A DNA stretch of 64,000 bases from the human T2T-CHM13v2.0 reference genome, Homo sapiens: the NCBI GenBank assembly GCA_009914755.4, contig CP068257.2:33120001-33184000 (forward strand), read 5' to 3'. Position 1 is the stretch's first letter; every line of letters begins with the position of its first letter. The notes under the pieces are model-generated. The model was not told where the DNA came from. It did not search any database and saw only the letters and a program-made list of their open reading frames with translations. The translations under genes were made by a program, and so were the position numbers. Below, piece after piece: positions 1 to 14,480 of the stretch.

Positions 1-1439
1 GTGCCAATTCACATGCTCACTGGCGGTACACAAGAGTCCCACAGCCTCCACCAAAGAGTGAGTTACCCAACTCTGCATTTTTCTCCCAATCTCAGTGTAA
101 TCGAATATGAATATCTATTCCTATGTTTAAGAAAGAGGATTTAAAGAGTTCTGGTTTTGTCTCCTAAAAGGAAAAAAAAAATGCATCTGGAACCTCCATG
201 TTACTTGTTTACATTTAAGGATAAATGAAAAATGCAGTAATTTCCCGTAATGTCCACAAAATCAGTGACTTGCCGAAGTCCACACACCTTTCCCTATCTG
301 GAAAGAAGCTTCTGTGGAAGGCCTCTGTTTCCCAGGATACCTCACTTCCCACCGTCCCAGGGACAGGCTGTGAGATCCCACTCCTCCACACTCCCCACTG
401 TTGACTCCCCACAGTCAGCTCCCCTCTGAGTGCCCAGCCTGGGCTCCAGTAGTTTATTTAAAAGCATGACGAGCCCTCTAATTATGGAGATAAAAGCTGC
501 CTGTGATGCAGAGCAGGGCTTGGGTTGAAAGGTCTCTTTTTTGGCTCTTTCCCATCTCATTAGAGTTGCGGGGGTGGCTGGTCACCCCAAGGTTTAATCC
601 TTGGAGGCAGTGTGACAGCAAATGTGGCAAGAATCACAGCTCATTGATTGTTCCATTAAAAATTTCTACAGGTACCTGTAAAAGTGCCTTTCAAGTTGCT
701 TCAGTCTGAAGAATCTTATTGCTCCTAAATTGAGGTCAATTAATCCCCTGAAAATGTGTGGCATTCACAATTTGATGTCATGGCCTCCATGTGAACATCT
801 CTCTCTGCATGGATGGAGGAAGCGAACAGCTCTTCCTTCTTCCTGCCTTTCCCACTTCCCCTAAATCTAAAGAGCAATTCTCTGCCTTTGCGAGCATAGG
901 CTGGTGAGAGCAGGGAGAGCAAGACCACACTGCTCAGCAGCCGTGTTTACCATCTGATCATCATGGAGGGACAACTGAGTGCACAGTGTCCTTCCATCCA
1001 TCATTGCAAGACCAGGGAAGGAAATTTGGCCCTCGGGCAGGCTGTAGCCCAGGAAAAAGGCTATCCTCAGAAGGCCAGCCGCCTTCTCTAGTTTGCAAAC
1101 AGCACAGATTTAGAGCTTGCGTTCCTTCTCATCCCAGGAACCACATATGAGCACCTCTCCCTGCCATGGTTCTCACGATGCCTGGATGGTCCTTATTTAA
1201 GTATTGAATCAGGAGAGGGCAAGAGGCTTCACCCAAGACGGCTGTGAGGTGGGGATGCTTGAGCTGCCCGCATCTGCTGGTCAATGTGTCACCTCCATCC
1301 TCTAACCCAGAGAGCATTTCTCTTCATTTCCTCTGCTTCTTGCTCCCTACATTCAACACTCTGACCTCACTCTGCCATCTCTCAAAAGCTAACCCCAGAC
1401 TCCTCTTCTCAGTACAGGGCTCTGGTGACCAGGGAGACT

Positions 1440-1595
1440 GGGATGTGATGAGCAGGGCCTTGGGAGCCAGTTATAGAGAGTTAAGTCCTGGCTTGGTCAT
1501 TTACAATCCCTGAGTACTTTAACTTTTCTGAAATGTAGTTTCTTCATCTGCAAAATGGGCTAGTAATACCAATGTGCAACAGCAATAGGTGAGGA
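1440..1595 (+). mobile_element. MIR (ancient tRNA-derived SINE) fragment.
   Basis: gtcctggcttggtcatttacaatccctgagtactttaacttttctgaaatgtagtttcttcatctgcaaaatgggctagtaatacc resembles the MIR core (cctcagtttcctcatctgtaaaatgggg). Confidence 0.65.
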
Positions 1596-2769
1596 TTGAA
1601 GGAGACATTTAGGAAGTCTCTGGCCCCATACAGAGTACTCATGGCAGCTGTGAAAGTGTGCTACCCGGGTGGAGGATGAGCCCATCTACTGGTCCTTTGG
1701 ATCCACTAGTGGGTTTGCTTGGAGGTCACACTTACCACAGCTGCTCCCAGGTGGTGACTGGGCCCTACAGGGATGCGAAGACAGGCCCATTCCAGAGAGA
1801 TGTGGGATTTCTCTGACAGACAGTTGTGGCTCAAGGACTCTCCCTGAGCCTTGCTAGAACTTTCTTGGAGCTGTGCTGCAGTGTCTAGACAAGCTTCCTT
1901 CCTTTCCTCCTCCTCCTTCCCTCTGACCTTCACAGGGCCAGACCTGCACCATAGCTTGAGGGTTCTCCCACCTTCTTGGCCCCTTCCAGACCGTGTCTCC
2001 CAAGAAATCCCTCAGGTGTCTAATCCCATCTTGGTATCTGTTTCTGGAAGACCCAAACTACACAGCACTCAAACCATTTTAGTTCCATCTCCTTTTTGCT
2101 AAATATATAGTTTAAAGGCTGTGTTTAAGGATTACCTAGAAATCATTTTAGGGTATAATGACATGTCATTTATTTATTTTAAAATTATGTTTGCTCCACT
2201 TGGTGAAAATTTCTGTAAGTACCTCTGAGATCATGGATCCTGGGGCTTCACTGAGCATCAACCTTTGGGGAACTGCTTCTAATGCTGATAAAAGTGTCAG
2301 GATCTTTCCTTGTTGACTGGGACTGGCATTTTTTATGTGAGGGCAGGAGAACAGCGTTAGCATCTCTGCAGGTGTTGTGCTGCCCCAAACCAGCATCTTT
2401 CTTCACAGGGGGGCTAGAGAGGGTGGGGGGCCACTTCAGGCCCTAGAACCTTTGGGTGCATGAATAGAAGTGCCATCAGCCTCTTTGCGGTCTCAGAAGA
2501 CAGTACTCTTTTGCTCTATCTGATTTTTTTTTTTTTAAGGAATCTTACCTCCTTGGTGCTAAGTGGTGACAGATACTTTGACACTTACTTCTTTTGCCCC
2601 ATAAATCAGCCCTGGGTCCTGGGCAGCTTAGAATCATGAGACCATAAAAATATGAAATGACAAAGCATGGAGTGGTCTTAGAGATAATTAAATTGACCTG
2701 CCTTACTTGATACTTGAGGAAAGAGGCCTAGAGTACATCAGAAGTGAATCTACCCTTGACTTCCTTTTT

Positions 2770-3180
2770 AAAAAATCCATCCATTCATGCATTCACCTAC
2801 CAGTCCATTCATCCAACCAGCCATCCATCTATCCATCCATCCATTCCTCCATCCACCCATCTAACCTTCCATCCATCTACCCACTCATCCATCCATCCAT
2901 CCATCCACCCACCAAACCACATAATTCATCCACCTACCCATCCATCCATTCAACCATCCATCCATCCACACACCAAATTACCACATAATTCATCCATCCA
3001 CCCATTTACCCACCCACCTATTTACCTGTCCATTAATCCATCTATCCATCCACCCACCTATCTACCCATCCATCTATCCACCCACACATCTACAAATCCA
3101 TCCATCCATCCATCCATCCATCCATCCACTCATCAATTTGCCCCATCGTCCATCCATCCATCCATCCATCAATTTACATA
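2770..3180. repeat. Imperfect (CCAT)n/(CATC)n microsatellite of about 400 bp.
   Basis: The tract reads ccatccatccatccattcctccatccacccatc... It produces the Pro/Ser/His-rich pseudo-ORFs 2707..2988 and 2744..3190. Confidence 0.9.
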
Positions 3181-4502
3181 CCAGAGGTAGACCCTGAAAA
3201 TAAAAAGATGAATAAGATGTGGTCTCTACCTCCTGGGGCTCTCCCAGTCCAGCATTCCCTTCCATTGCTTTAAAGGGCTCAATTCAATCTTGTCTCTGAA
3301 ATGGGCCATGTCACCGTTCACTAAGCATCTTCCAGTGCCAGCCTTTCAGATTCCATCAACAACACATTGGCTGTGGGCATGCAGGTCATGAGAACAAGGT
3401 CAGCAGCATACGCCTGCCCATTGCTCCCCAGAGGAAGGAACTCCAATGTCCAGGGTCTGGGGGATCTGTGCTTCCAGCTTGGCAGGCTCTCCCAGCAGAG
3501 AGCAACCACTTTTAAACTTCTGCTTCTCCCTACTTTCCATCCTTCTCCCTTCTCTTCCTTCTCCACATTGTCCTGGTAGCTTACCATTCCCAATCCTGCT
3601 CCCCTCAAGCACGTTAGCTTTGAGGCCATCCAGAGATCGATTCATCTCATGGTCCTGTTTTTCCCATTGCCTTTCACATCAGAGACCTTTTCTCTCTTCG
3701 AGCAAACCAATTTCCTTCTGTGATTACTGCTTGGATAGAAAGGACTCTGTTGTGTGGTGTGGGGAGTTCAGGAGGATGGTGGGCACTGAGCCATTACCAA
3801 GTTTGCACTTGTTGCCTTCTGGCCAAGGACCCAGAATGTTTATTCAAAGGAGCAATTTTTAAATAAGACACTGACACCAGTATCTGGTCTAAGAGAAGAG
3901 CAAGAGAGAATAGTGGGAGACCTGGAGGAAACCAGGTGTTCCTCCAGCCAGGGAAGCTGTAGAATCCTTGTCGTGGACTCCTTTCTGTCACCTCCACCAA
4001 CTGAGTGAGTAGCTCAGACTGGAGGCCGCTCACCAAGCCTGTGGGACCAAGTGTCACCTGAAGGCAGGGGTTCTGCATAACAGGCCACCAGGCTACCAGC
4101 TGAGCAATCTTGGACTAGCCACAAAATCTCTGATTGTCAAGGCCTCCGCCTGCATAATAGATCTATTAACAAAAATATCTGCGATGGCCAGTGTTTGGAT
4201 ATATTAGCACACAGGAAGATAGTGCTCCAAAAGTGCTTGGTAACAAGAGCCTGGTGCATATTACTTGTAAAAGTAAGGTTTAGCCCAACTTGGTGTGTTC
4301 TCATGCCGCCACAAATGCCACCACTTTTGCACACTCATGTACCCCCAGGTACTGCTATACCGGGACCACCCCCAAGACATACTACATGCCTGACTGTGGT
4401 GGTCTTTGAGGGAAAAGTTGTTTTCAGAGCAGTGGCTCTTAACCTCTTGAAAGGTTCTCCTCCAAAACATGCACACATGCTGGAACACACATGGACCCCC
4501 TC

Positions 4503-4625
4503 ACTGAGGTGGGAGAATTGCTTGAGCCCAGGAGGTCAAGGCTGCATTGAGCTATGATCTCGCCACTGCACTCCAGCCGGGCAACAGAGCAAGACACTAT
4601 TTCTAAAAAATACAAATAGAAATAA
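4503..4625 (+). mobile_element. Alu fragment (right arm, 3' part) with an A-rich tail.
   Basis: gagaattgcttgagcccaggaggtcaaggctgcattgagctatgatctcgccactgcactccagccgggcaacagagcaagac matches the Alu 3' consensus. Confidence 0.8.
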
Positions 4626-6129
4626 GTATGAAAAAAAGAGGGAAAACCCAAGGATGAATGGATGGATTGTGTGCCAGGCATTTAATGCATTCTATCTTGT
4701 GTTCTTCACTCAAACATTCTAAGGACTCTTGACCCCACTTTGCAGATGGGAAGTCAGAATTTGTCTGAAGGTCCATGGCTGGTGAGCATCTAAACAAAGA
4801 TACAAATTCAGGTCTGTGGGGTGCTCAGCTTTCCACTGTGCCTGTCACTCCTGCTTCTCCCTTTGTATCTGATCAGACCAAGTTCTACGCAGTAGGCTCA
4901 ACACACACCCAGGAGCACCGGCTACCCCAGGAGAGGAGTCGCCAGGAGGGGAGAGCTGTTTCCACCTTCACCTGTTTCTCGTTCACCTGCTTCTTGCCTT
5001 GCAAGTCTCCAGACAGGCAGACTTCAGAGGGGACCTCCTGGCCTATCCTCTAGGGTATCTTGCTTCTGCCTGCTGTCATCTTCTAATACCCAAAAATGTG
5101 TCGCATCCTCCCAAAGCTCGCGCTCTCCCTGCAAACCCTGGGCCAAGCCTATTATTATTGTATATATTTCACTAAATCAATCTTTTAAAATTCTACTTAA
5201 CATAGGTGCCCAGCCTAATGGTGGCCATCTTTTAGAGGAGGAAATAAATGTTCAGAGAAGTCAAGTTCCTTGTGCAAGCGGGATTCGATACAGGGGACAC
5301 AACCAAGAGACCTCTGAGTCCCTCCACACATCCATGCTGTGTGTTGACTTGCTTACAAGAGTCCCCTGTGTCAGAGGCTGCCTGGCAGTGGGGACATGAG
5401 CCTTTCCCTTAGAGGGAAACATGAGATTGGGCAACAAGGGTAGTCCTCAAGGTTCTACCTCGAGACTCCAGGACGCTGGACATTGGAAATGAGGCCACAC
5501 CCTGGAGGAGCATTGTCGGCTAAAGCCAAACACCATTAGCGTCTGAAGGGGATGTGGGACCCATCTAAGGTATCACATCCCTGATCACCCACCATGGGGT
5601 CTGCAGCTGGAGAGGGTCCCCCCAGGAGGGGCTGGAGCGGGGAGTTCTCTGCCCTGGGAGGCAGGCCTCCTGGCCCTTCACTGGAGTGATCTCTTCTTTT
5701 CTGATGTCAAATCCTGACCTAAAGGGAGGCATCTTCCTTCTTATGGCATGGCCATGTCTCCTGTGTTCCTTCCTCAAGCCAAATCCTTTTCCACGATGCC
5801 TTCCCCTCTGAGCCCTGTATAACCCAATAGTGCAAATATTCCCACATCCCCTACCCACAACAGGGGTGAGCACATTGCAAATGTTCCGCCGGCGAATCAG
5901 CACCTGCCTGGAGGTGTTCTTGGTGTCTGCGTCCTGCCTCCAGTACAGAGGACCTCAAATCCATGATACTTCACCTGGTGCTCCCCAGGAAAGCCTGGCA
6001 GAGGACCTGACGATTCCCAGCAAGACCAAGCACTGCTGTCCAGGGTCAGCCACGGTCACTTCTCTGCAGCTGTCATCCGGGCACAATCTCCAAATATTTC
6101 TAGCCATTCAGACGTTCACTATAATCAGA

Positions 6130-6270
6130 ATTAACGCATGTAGAACCAAAGAGCCAGACACATGGGTTCAAACCTGCCCCACCATTTACAGTGAGAGCTT
6201 AGTGAGTCACTTAACCTGTGCCTCAGTTTTCTCACCTGTAAAAAGAACATAACAGTAACAATACCATTGA
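6130..6270 (+). mobile_element. MIR fragment.
   Basis: gggttcaaacctgccccaccatttacagtgagagcttagtgagtcacttaacctgtgcctcagttttctcacctgtaaaaagaacataacagtaacaatacc. Confidence 0.65.
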
Positions 6271-7240
6271 GCTGCTATGCAGTGGATGAGCTTCTATATG
6301 AAAGGTGAGTGAAAAGTGTCTGGATGTGGTGGTGTCAACCTTTCCCTGGGGTGGTGGTGGCTGATCTGTGGCACCCCACATGACAATGTCTTTGCCATGG
6401 CAGTAGATGCTGTTAAATCAGGCCCTGGGTTTGTCTTGGCTTGACTTGTTTCCATTTTCAATTGAAAATTAAATGTGGATAGACTTCAGCCTGACTCGGT
6501 CTGCTCCCTGGACCTTGGCCAGTGAGTTCTGAGTAACTGCAGACAGGGTGTGGTCACCGGGATTTGGTTATTGGATTTTTTTCCCCCTGTGGTTTTGGGC
6601 AGGTTGCTCCATGACGGGCAGCTGTATCATCTTAGAACCGGACTTTCCGGGAGAGCCTTTGGGTCACTCTGGGCGTCAGCTGGAAAGGGCTGCTCTTGGA
6701 GCAAGCTCACTGGCCCACAGGAGGAGCTGCCTTCTTGAACTGTCACCCTGAAGCCAACCAAAGTCTGGGCAACGCCAGCTCCAGTGACTGCCGCTCCATC
6801 TCCTAGGCAATTTGCATCGCTGTTTCTGTTTGTTAGGCCTTGACCATTCCTTTGTTGTCATCCTGCGCTTCCCTGGCCATAGGCCCTTTTCCCAGCCCCA
6901 CCACGGCATGCCCACCTGTGCTTGGGGAGGGGCGGAGGAAGGAGCCCCAGCCAGCCATGTCCCTGTTTCGTGCTCCAGTGACCACTGCTATGAGGACTTT
7001 CCCACTGGCTCAGGCTCAGTTAGTCGAGCTGGTGTGCCCCGCTCTTAGCTGTTCCCCAACTCTCCTAGAGTGTGCTAATTCTGACCCAGCTCTCCCAGGT
7101 GGAGGATGCTTTTCAAACATGTCCTTGGGAACCTCTGCAGACCCATTCCCAGCCCATTCTCCATGATTCCAGGCCTGGCCAGGTTGAAAACTTCTGTAAA
7201 TTAAAACTCAAATAAAGAGAGTATAGCTTGGGCATACCTT

Positions 7241-7320
7241 TTGCACATGCATATATATGTATGTGTGTGCATGTGTGTGTGTGCATGTATGTGTGTGCAT
7301 GTATGTGTGTGCATGTGTTG
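7241..7320. repeat. (CATGTGTGTG)/(TG)n-type simple repeat.
   Basis: The tract reads catgcatatatatgtatgtgtgtgcatgtgtgtgtgtgcatgtatgtgtgtgcatg. Confidence 0.8.
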
Positions 7321-7348
7321 GGATTTTTTATTTTTTAAATTTATATTT

Positions 7349-7513
7349 ATTAAAAAAATTTTTTTTGAAACAAGGTCTTCTTCTGTCTCCCAGGCTGGGC
7401 TGCAGTGGTGTGATTATGGCTGACTGCAGCCTCAAACTCCTGGGATCAAGCAACCCTCCCACCTCAGCCTCCCAGAGCACTGGGATTACAGGTTTGAGCC
7501 ACTGCACCTGGCC
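7349..7513 (-). mobile_element. Short Alu (about 150 bp), monomer-like or internally deleted, in minus orientation.
   Basis: A poly-T leader is followed by gaaacaaggtcttcttctgtctcccaggctgggctgcagtggtg...cagcctcccagagcactgggattacaggtttgagccactgcacctggcc. Confidence 0.8.
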
Positions 7514-8821
7514 TATTTAAAAAGTTTGTCTAGAGCAAAAAGTCCCTAGACCTGCCAGTCCAGGGCACTAAATCACAAGAACACCAAGGCCAAACAGGCT
7601 TGAAGTCTCCAGGCTCCTCACTGGCAAACTCTACTTCCTGATCCCTTAGTGGGTTGAGGTGCCAACAGCCCCCTGGGGAGGAGGGGGTTGCATTATGGCC
7701 GTGGAGAGACTCTGAGCCTTATCAACGGTGTGGGGATGACACCCTTTTCGGAGCACTTTGTGAGGCTTTGTGCCATGCTGGGCGCTTGGCGTCAGAGACA
7801 AATAGAATCAATAACTGTGCAAAAAAAGTTGCCAGATAATTTATCCCATTGGCACCGAGCCTAGAATTATAATCAGATCTTGACTTCTTCAAAGCCTTCT
7901 TGCTTTGGATTTTCCAAATCGAAAATAAACATTGGGGGCAATTACCTTTCCTTAGTTCTCTGATGTATGAAGGGGAGTTTTCATCTATTAATTTAAGAAC
8001 CCTCTCATTTCATTCGGAAGGTATTAGCCCATGGAACTTGTTAACTTAATATCAACACAGTCTGTCTAGGTTTTGACTGAAAAGAGAAAGGGGTTGTTAT
8101 GCTCTAGGTTAATATTTTCCTCTCTTTAAGAAGTCTTGGGTATGCCAGACACTTCTCGGACAAAAACAGCTGTTTTCTTCCCATTGCTGAACGCATTGTT
8201 TGTGCGAGTTCACTTACTTGCTATACTCAGAATATCCTCCAGGAGTCAGCAAATCCCAACCTCTGGACGTGGCTCAGGGCCGCCCTGCCCATTGCTGAGC
8301 TGATTTGGAATTTGGGCCTGAGAGAGGAAGTGATTATTGGATGACAGGCTGCCTCCTAGGGGGCTTCTCTGGGCTTGCCATGAAAGCACTTCCGGAGGAA
8401 AAGCAGAGCTCCATCAGTCTCTTTTGGAGAGCTGTGAACGTGACCAGACCTATTAATTACTTAACTGAGGTGCTGAACTTTGAAAATGAAAGTTCCGGTG
8501 GGGAGTTCTGTCCTTTCCAGCCTGGGGAGCTCTGTCAGGGCTCTCCTGAGTGTCTCTTTCAGCTTATCAAGCTCGCTCGGGGACCGTCTCTGGTAAGTAC
8601 AGGCAACCCCTCCAGCCAACCCCTCCACCCTGTGGGCCGGGGAAGTGTCTCATCGTTGAATCCACTTGCAGGCACTTCCTTGATCTCAAGCCCCACCACG
8701 CTGCCCCCAGAGTCCCAGCGAGTGGCTCAGTCACACTGGTGCGTGCCTCTCACCCGCTCTGACCTCGTCATGGGGTCCCCGAGGTGCTGGTTCATGCAAG
8801 GCTCTGTGCCTAACCAAGCTA

Positions 8822-9308
<487 letters not shown>

Positions 9309-9444
9309 TCACCTGCACAAGTGGAACAAAGATACAGGAGATAATGACAGCAAATGGAACGTAGAGTTGATGCGTTCATTGACAAAGAATTTCACACCCT
9401 GCATTATCTCACTTGAGCCCCATGAAGAGCCTGTGAGGTGGCTA

Positions 9445-10067
<623 letters not shown>

Positions 10068-10337
10068 TTATGGAGTTCATTCTTGGAGATGTCGTGAATA
10101 GATCTCCTTTGCATCCAGATGGAAGAGCAACAGGAACATTATTAAGAAACTAAAAATTCTAGATTCATTGGAAAAGGCTTTGAGAGAGAAGGGACAGGGA
10201 AACCCCTAATTCCACCTCCCTGAAAACAGTGTGTTTTCCTCTCCTACACCAGGGCCGTGTGTCTTTCTGTCTACGTGGCCCAGCCACATTTGTAGCCCGT
10301 GGCCTGATGGAGCTCTGATGAGTCAGTTTCATGTCAT

Positions 10338-10633
10338 TTTTTTTTTTTTTTTTCAGAGAGAGAGTCTCACTCTGTCACCCAGGCTGGAGTGCAGTGGCAT
10401 GATCTCGGCTCACTGCAACCTCCGCCTCCTGGGTTCAAGTGATTCTCCTGCCACAGCCCCTTGAGTAGTTGACGTTACAGGCACCCACCACCGCACCCAG
10501 ATACTTTTCGTATTTTTAGTGGAGACGCTGTTTCACCATGTTGGCCAGTTGGTCTCGAACTCCTGACCTCAAGTGATCTGCCTGCCTTGGCCTCCCTATG
10601 TGCTGGGTTATGGGCGTAAGCCACTGTGCCCTG
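10338..10633 (-). mobile_element. Full-length Alu in inverted orientation relative to the Alu at 9716-10014.
   Basis: A poly-T is followed by cagagagagagtctcactctgtcacccaggctggagtgcagtggcatgatctcggctcactgcaacctccgcctcctgggttcaagtgattctcctgcc... Confidence 0.92.
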
Positions 10634-11131
10634 CTTCATGTCATTTTTAAAGAGCCCACACAACTCCTGTAGCTGGATTACGACAACCTCAACGGCAAGA
10701 CCTCGACGTGATATTACTCCACGTGAAAGTCTAAAAGGCGCTGAGCACAGTGCTCTGCCAATGGTGTGTCTTCCAGCCTCGCTTGCTGAGAGAACAGATG
10801 TGCCGGGGAAGAAATGGACAAAGCTGGGAAAGGAGTCTAACTTCTTCAAAGCGGTTGGGCACCGGTGAGGCTCTTTTGGTTACAAACCACAGAAATGGAT
10901 TCTGGTTTATCAGTTTAATCTCGGTGTAACTAAAAGTGGGAAGTACTGGAAGGAGACGCATTTCATGGGCTCAGAGGTGACCTTGGGGCACTGAGTTGGC
11001 CCTTCTGTGGCCAGGTGTCCCTCTCTCGGGGACCTGCCTTCCCATGCCCCAGCCTCAACTCTTGGTGTCTGTCTAATCTCAAACTCCCAAGAGACTGGAT
11101 TGGATTAGATCAGTGTGGTGTAGCAAGAGGC

Positions 11132-11133
<2 letters not shown>

Positions 11134-11183
<50 letters not shown>
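11134..11183. repeat. (TG)25 microsatellite.
   Basis: Uninterrupted gtgtgt... run. Confidence 0.95.
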
Positions 11184-11184
<1 letters not shown>

Positions 11185-11970
11185 TGTCATTAGGGAGATC
11201 TCAGAGAACAACCACCTTGGCCAACTTGTCTATCTCACGCCAGACGTTTTCACCCATCGTTCTGTCCAACCCTACATAATCCTGCCAGGGGGCTATCAGT
11301 TTTTTGTTTATGTTGAACGCTAAACTCAGCAGGAAAGAACACTGCTTTCTGGGATTTTCTTCATTTAAACCTCTATTGCCTATGAGAACAGTGTATTTTC
11401 TTTAAGGGCTACCAGGTTTTCTATTAATAGAAAATTAAAAAAATAGTGAGAAGTACCAAGAACAAAATTAACATCACCCATCATCCACCATTCAGACAGA
11501 AAAATGGTCCCCTTTGACTGATGTTCATCAGCTATATAAATCTCTACACACACACATATACACCCATACCTACTTTGAAGTAAAAATTATAAAGAGCACA
11601 TTGTTTTGTGACCTTTCTCTTCACGTGCCGTGTTCTCCATTCTGTTAAATATTCACTTCCATCTTTTTAAATGGGTGCTTAATAAACTTTGACTCATACA
11701 TGTTGCAAAATTTGTTTAATCAGCCCTCCATTGTCGCTTATTTAGGTGCTTCAAATTTTTTGCTGTTATTAGCACTGAAGTGATAATCATTCTGGAAAAA
11801 GTATCTTTATACATCTGTTGGATTCTTTCCCCAGGATAAAATTCTACAAGTGAAAATGCTGGGTTAAAGGATGCCCATGAAAACATTTTTAGATAAGCAG
11901 AATCCAATGCTCTTCTGAAACATTGTACCATGTGTCTTCTCCACCCAAGGGAACACTCAGTATCACTTAA

Positions 11971-12311
<341 letters not shown>

Positions 12312-12399
12312 CGACATCTCATTACTATTTAATTTTTTTTAAATTTTACCTTTTGTGAAGATACAACTTACAGAAAATGCACTCATGTTAATTGCACAA

Positions 12400-13250
12400 C
12401 TCAATGAATTTTTGTGTATAGAGATGCCCATGTAACCACTACCCAGATCAAGGTACAAAACATTCCCACCACTCCAGAAGGCTCTCTGTGCCCTCTCCCA
12501 GCTAATGTCCCCCGATCAAAAGTAATCTCTATTCTAGGCTTTTTCACCTTGGAACAGTCTTGCCTTTTTCTGACCCTCATATAAGTGGAAATGTACAATA
12601 TCTGCTGTTTTGTGTCTGGCTTCTTTTGCCCTGTGTGATGTCTGTGAGATTCACCTGTGTTGGTGTGTATTGGTATTTTTCTCATTCTCATCGCTGGGTA
12701 TACCTCACTGCATGGATAAACCATTCCTCTGTGGAAAGATATTTTGGTTGTCTCAGTGTGGGGCTATTATGCACATTCTTGTAATGTCATTTGGTAGACA
12801 TGAACACCCACATCCAAGGAATATGTGCCTAGGAGAGGAAGGGTTGAGTCAGATTGTATATTTAGTTTTCGTAGATACTTCCAAATCTTTTGTCTAAGTG
12901 GTTGTATCAGTTTACACTCCCACCAGAAGTGCATGTGAGTTCCAGTTGCTCTATATCCTTGCCAACACGTTGTATTGGTAGTCCTTTAAATTTCACATAT
13001 TCTGTTTGGTTTTGTGTGTGTGTGTTCTTATTTTGTATTTTTATGATTGCAGGTCAGGTTGATCATTTTTGTTCCATGTGCATTGACTATTTGGGTTTCT
13101 TCTTTTTTGACTTGCTTGTTTCAGAAGCTTTCTATCCTTCTTTTGTATTGGGGTGATTGTATTTCTCATTGATTTTAGGAGTTATTTGTCTATTATTACG
13201 ACACTTGGTTATGTGTGATGCCAATATATATGTGCTTTTGTCTAGAGAAA
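12400..13250 (+). mobile_element. Ancient L1 (LINE-1) 3'-region fragment from ORF2.
   Basis: ctcccaccagaagtgcatgtgagttccagttgctctatatccttgccaacacgttgtattggtagtcc parallels the L1 ttcccaccaacagtgcacaagggttccaatttctccacatcctcgccaacacttgtt. Upstream, gtgtctggcttcttttgccctgtgtgatgtctgtgagattcacctgtgttg parallels the L1 ttgtgactggcttatttcacttagcataatgtcctcaaggttcatccatgttg. Confidence 0.6.
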
Positions 13251-14021
13251 ACAATGCTGAATGCTCACAAGTACTGAAGCCTTCCTACAGGTGAAGTATT
13301 ACACTAAGGGTTTTATATAAAATCTCATTGATCCTTATACTTTACGGAAGAAACTAAGACACGGAGGGGGTAAAGAACCTGGCTAACGTCACACTGTTAG
13401 TAGTTGCTGGGATGGGATTCTCACCCACAAAGTTGGACACCAGACCTCAAACTTTCAGCCATTATGGTCAATCATCTTGTGAATTTTTGACTGGGCCACT
13501 TATTGTCAAGGCTGCTGGCGTGAATTGTGGAGTCTTCTTTTACAATTATTTCTGGAGTGATGATTTCATTCTGTTACGCAGCTGACTTCTGTTTAAAGGA
13601 GACATTTTGTGTGCTCTTTGTGATTTTATTGGAAGAGAACACAGTGTGACTGAGATTTCTGATGCCACCGGGAAACATGCAGCAGAGACCCCTGGGTGGT
13701 CACCCACCAGTCCTCAGCTGGGCTCATGGCTGGGCTGTGTCTCCAGCCTTCCCTCATCACCTCCCTGCTGGTCCCCTCAGCCTTCACCAGACTGCGCTGT
13801 GTGCTGTCTCCTGCCCATGGCTCAGGTCTGGGAGGTTTCTGTAGCTCAGCCCTATAAGTCAGAGCTAAATTGTTACTGGAGACAAGGGTCTAGTTAATTC
13901 TTTTAGTATTATCCTCCTCCCATGCTTCAGTCACCTGTACTCCCACTTTTGAAATATGATCTCTGAACTAATAGTAATAGCTAACACTGCTCTGTTTATT
14001 ATCAATACTTTACACACAGCA

Positions 14022-14348
14022 TGATATGGTTTGGCTGTATCCCCATCCACATCTCATCTTGAATTGTAGCTCTCATAATTCCCTTGTGTTGTGGGATGGA
14101 GCCAGTGGGAGATAATTGAATCATGGGGGCAATTTCACCCATACTGTTCTCATGGTAGTGAATACGTCTCATGAGATCTGATGGCTTTGTAAGGGGAAAC
14201 CCCTTCCACTGGGCTCTCTTTCTCTTCTCCTGTCTGCCGCCATGTGAGACATGCCTTTCACCTTCCACCATGATTGTGACTTCTTTCTTTTGTAAATTGC
14301 CCAGTCTCGGGTATGTCTTTATCAGCAGCGTGAAAATGGACCAATATG
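14022..14348 (+). mobile_element. THE1/MST-family MaLR solo LTR.
   Basis: It starts tgatatggtttggctgtatccccatccacatctcatcttgaattgtagctctcataattccc...aattgaatcatgggggcaat. It ends ...gtaaattgcccagtctcgggtatgtctttatcagcagcgtgaaaatggaccaatat. Both ends match the THE1 consensus termini. Confidence 0.85.
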
Positions 14349-14414
14349 TAACACATATAAGTAGGTCATTTAATTGTCAAAACAACCTTAGGAGGGAGAA
14401 AGATAAAATATCTT

Positions 14415-14480
14415 GTCCAAGGCCCCACAGCTAGGGATGGAGCCAGGGTTCAAACCCAGCCAGACTGGCTCCTGACTTTT
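14415..14480 (-). mobile_element. MIR 5'-region fragment in reverse orientation.
   Basis: caaggccccacagctagggatggagccagggttcaaacccagccagactggctcc is the revcomp of the MIR ggagccagactgcctgggttcgaatcc...ctagctgtgtgaccttgg. Confidence 0.55.

Noticed and set aside
2707-3190. Pro/Ser/His-rich ORFs (93 and 148 aa).
   Set aside because: They are translations of the (CCAT)n microsatellite.
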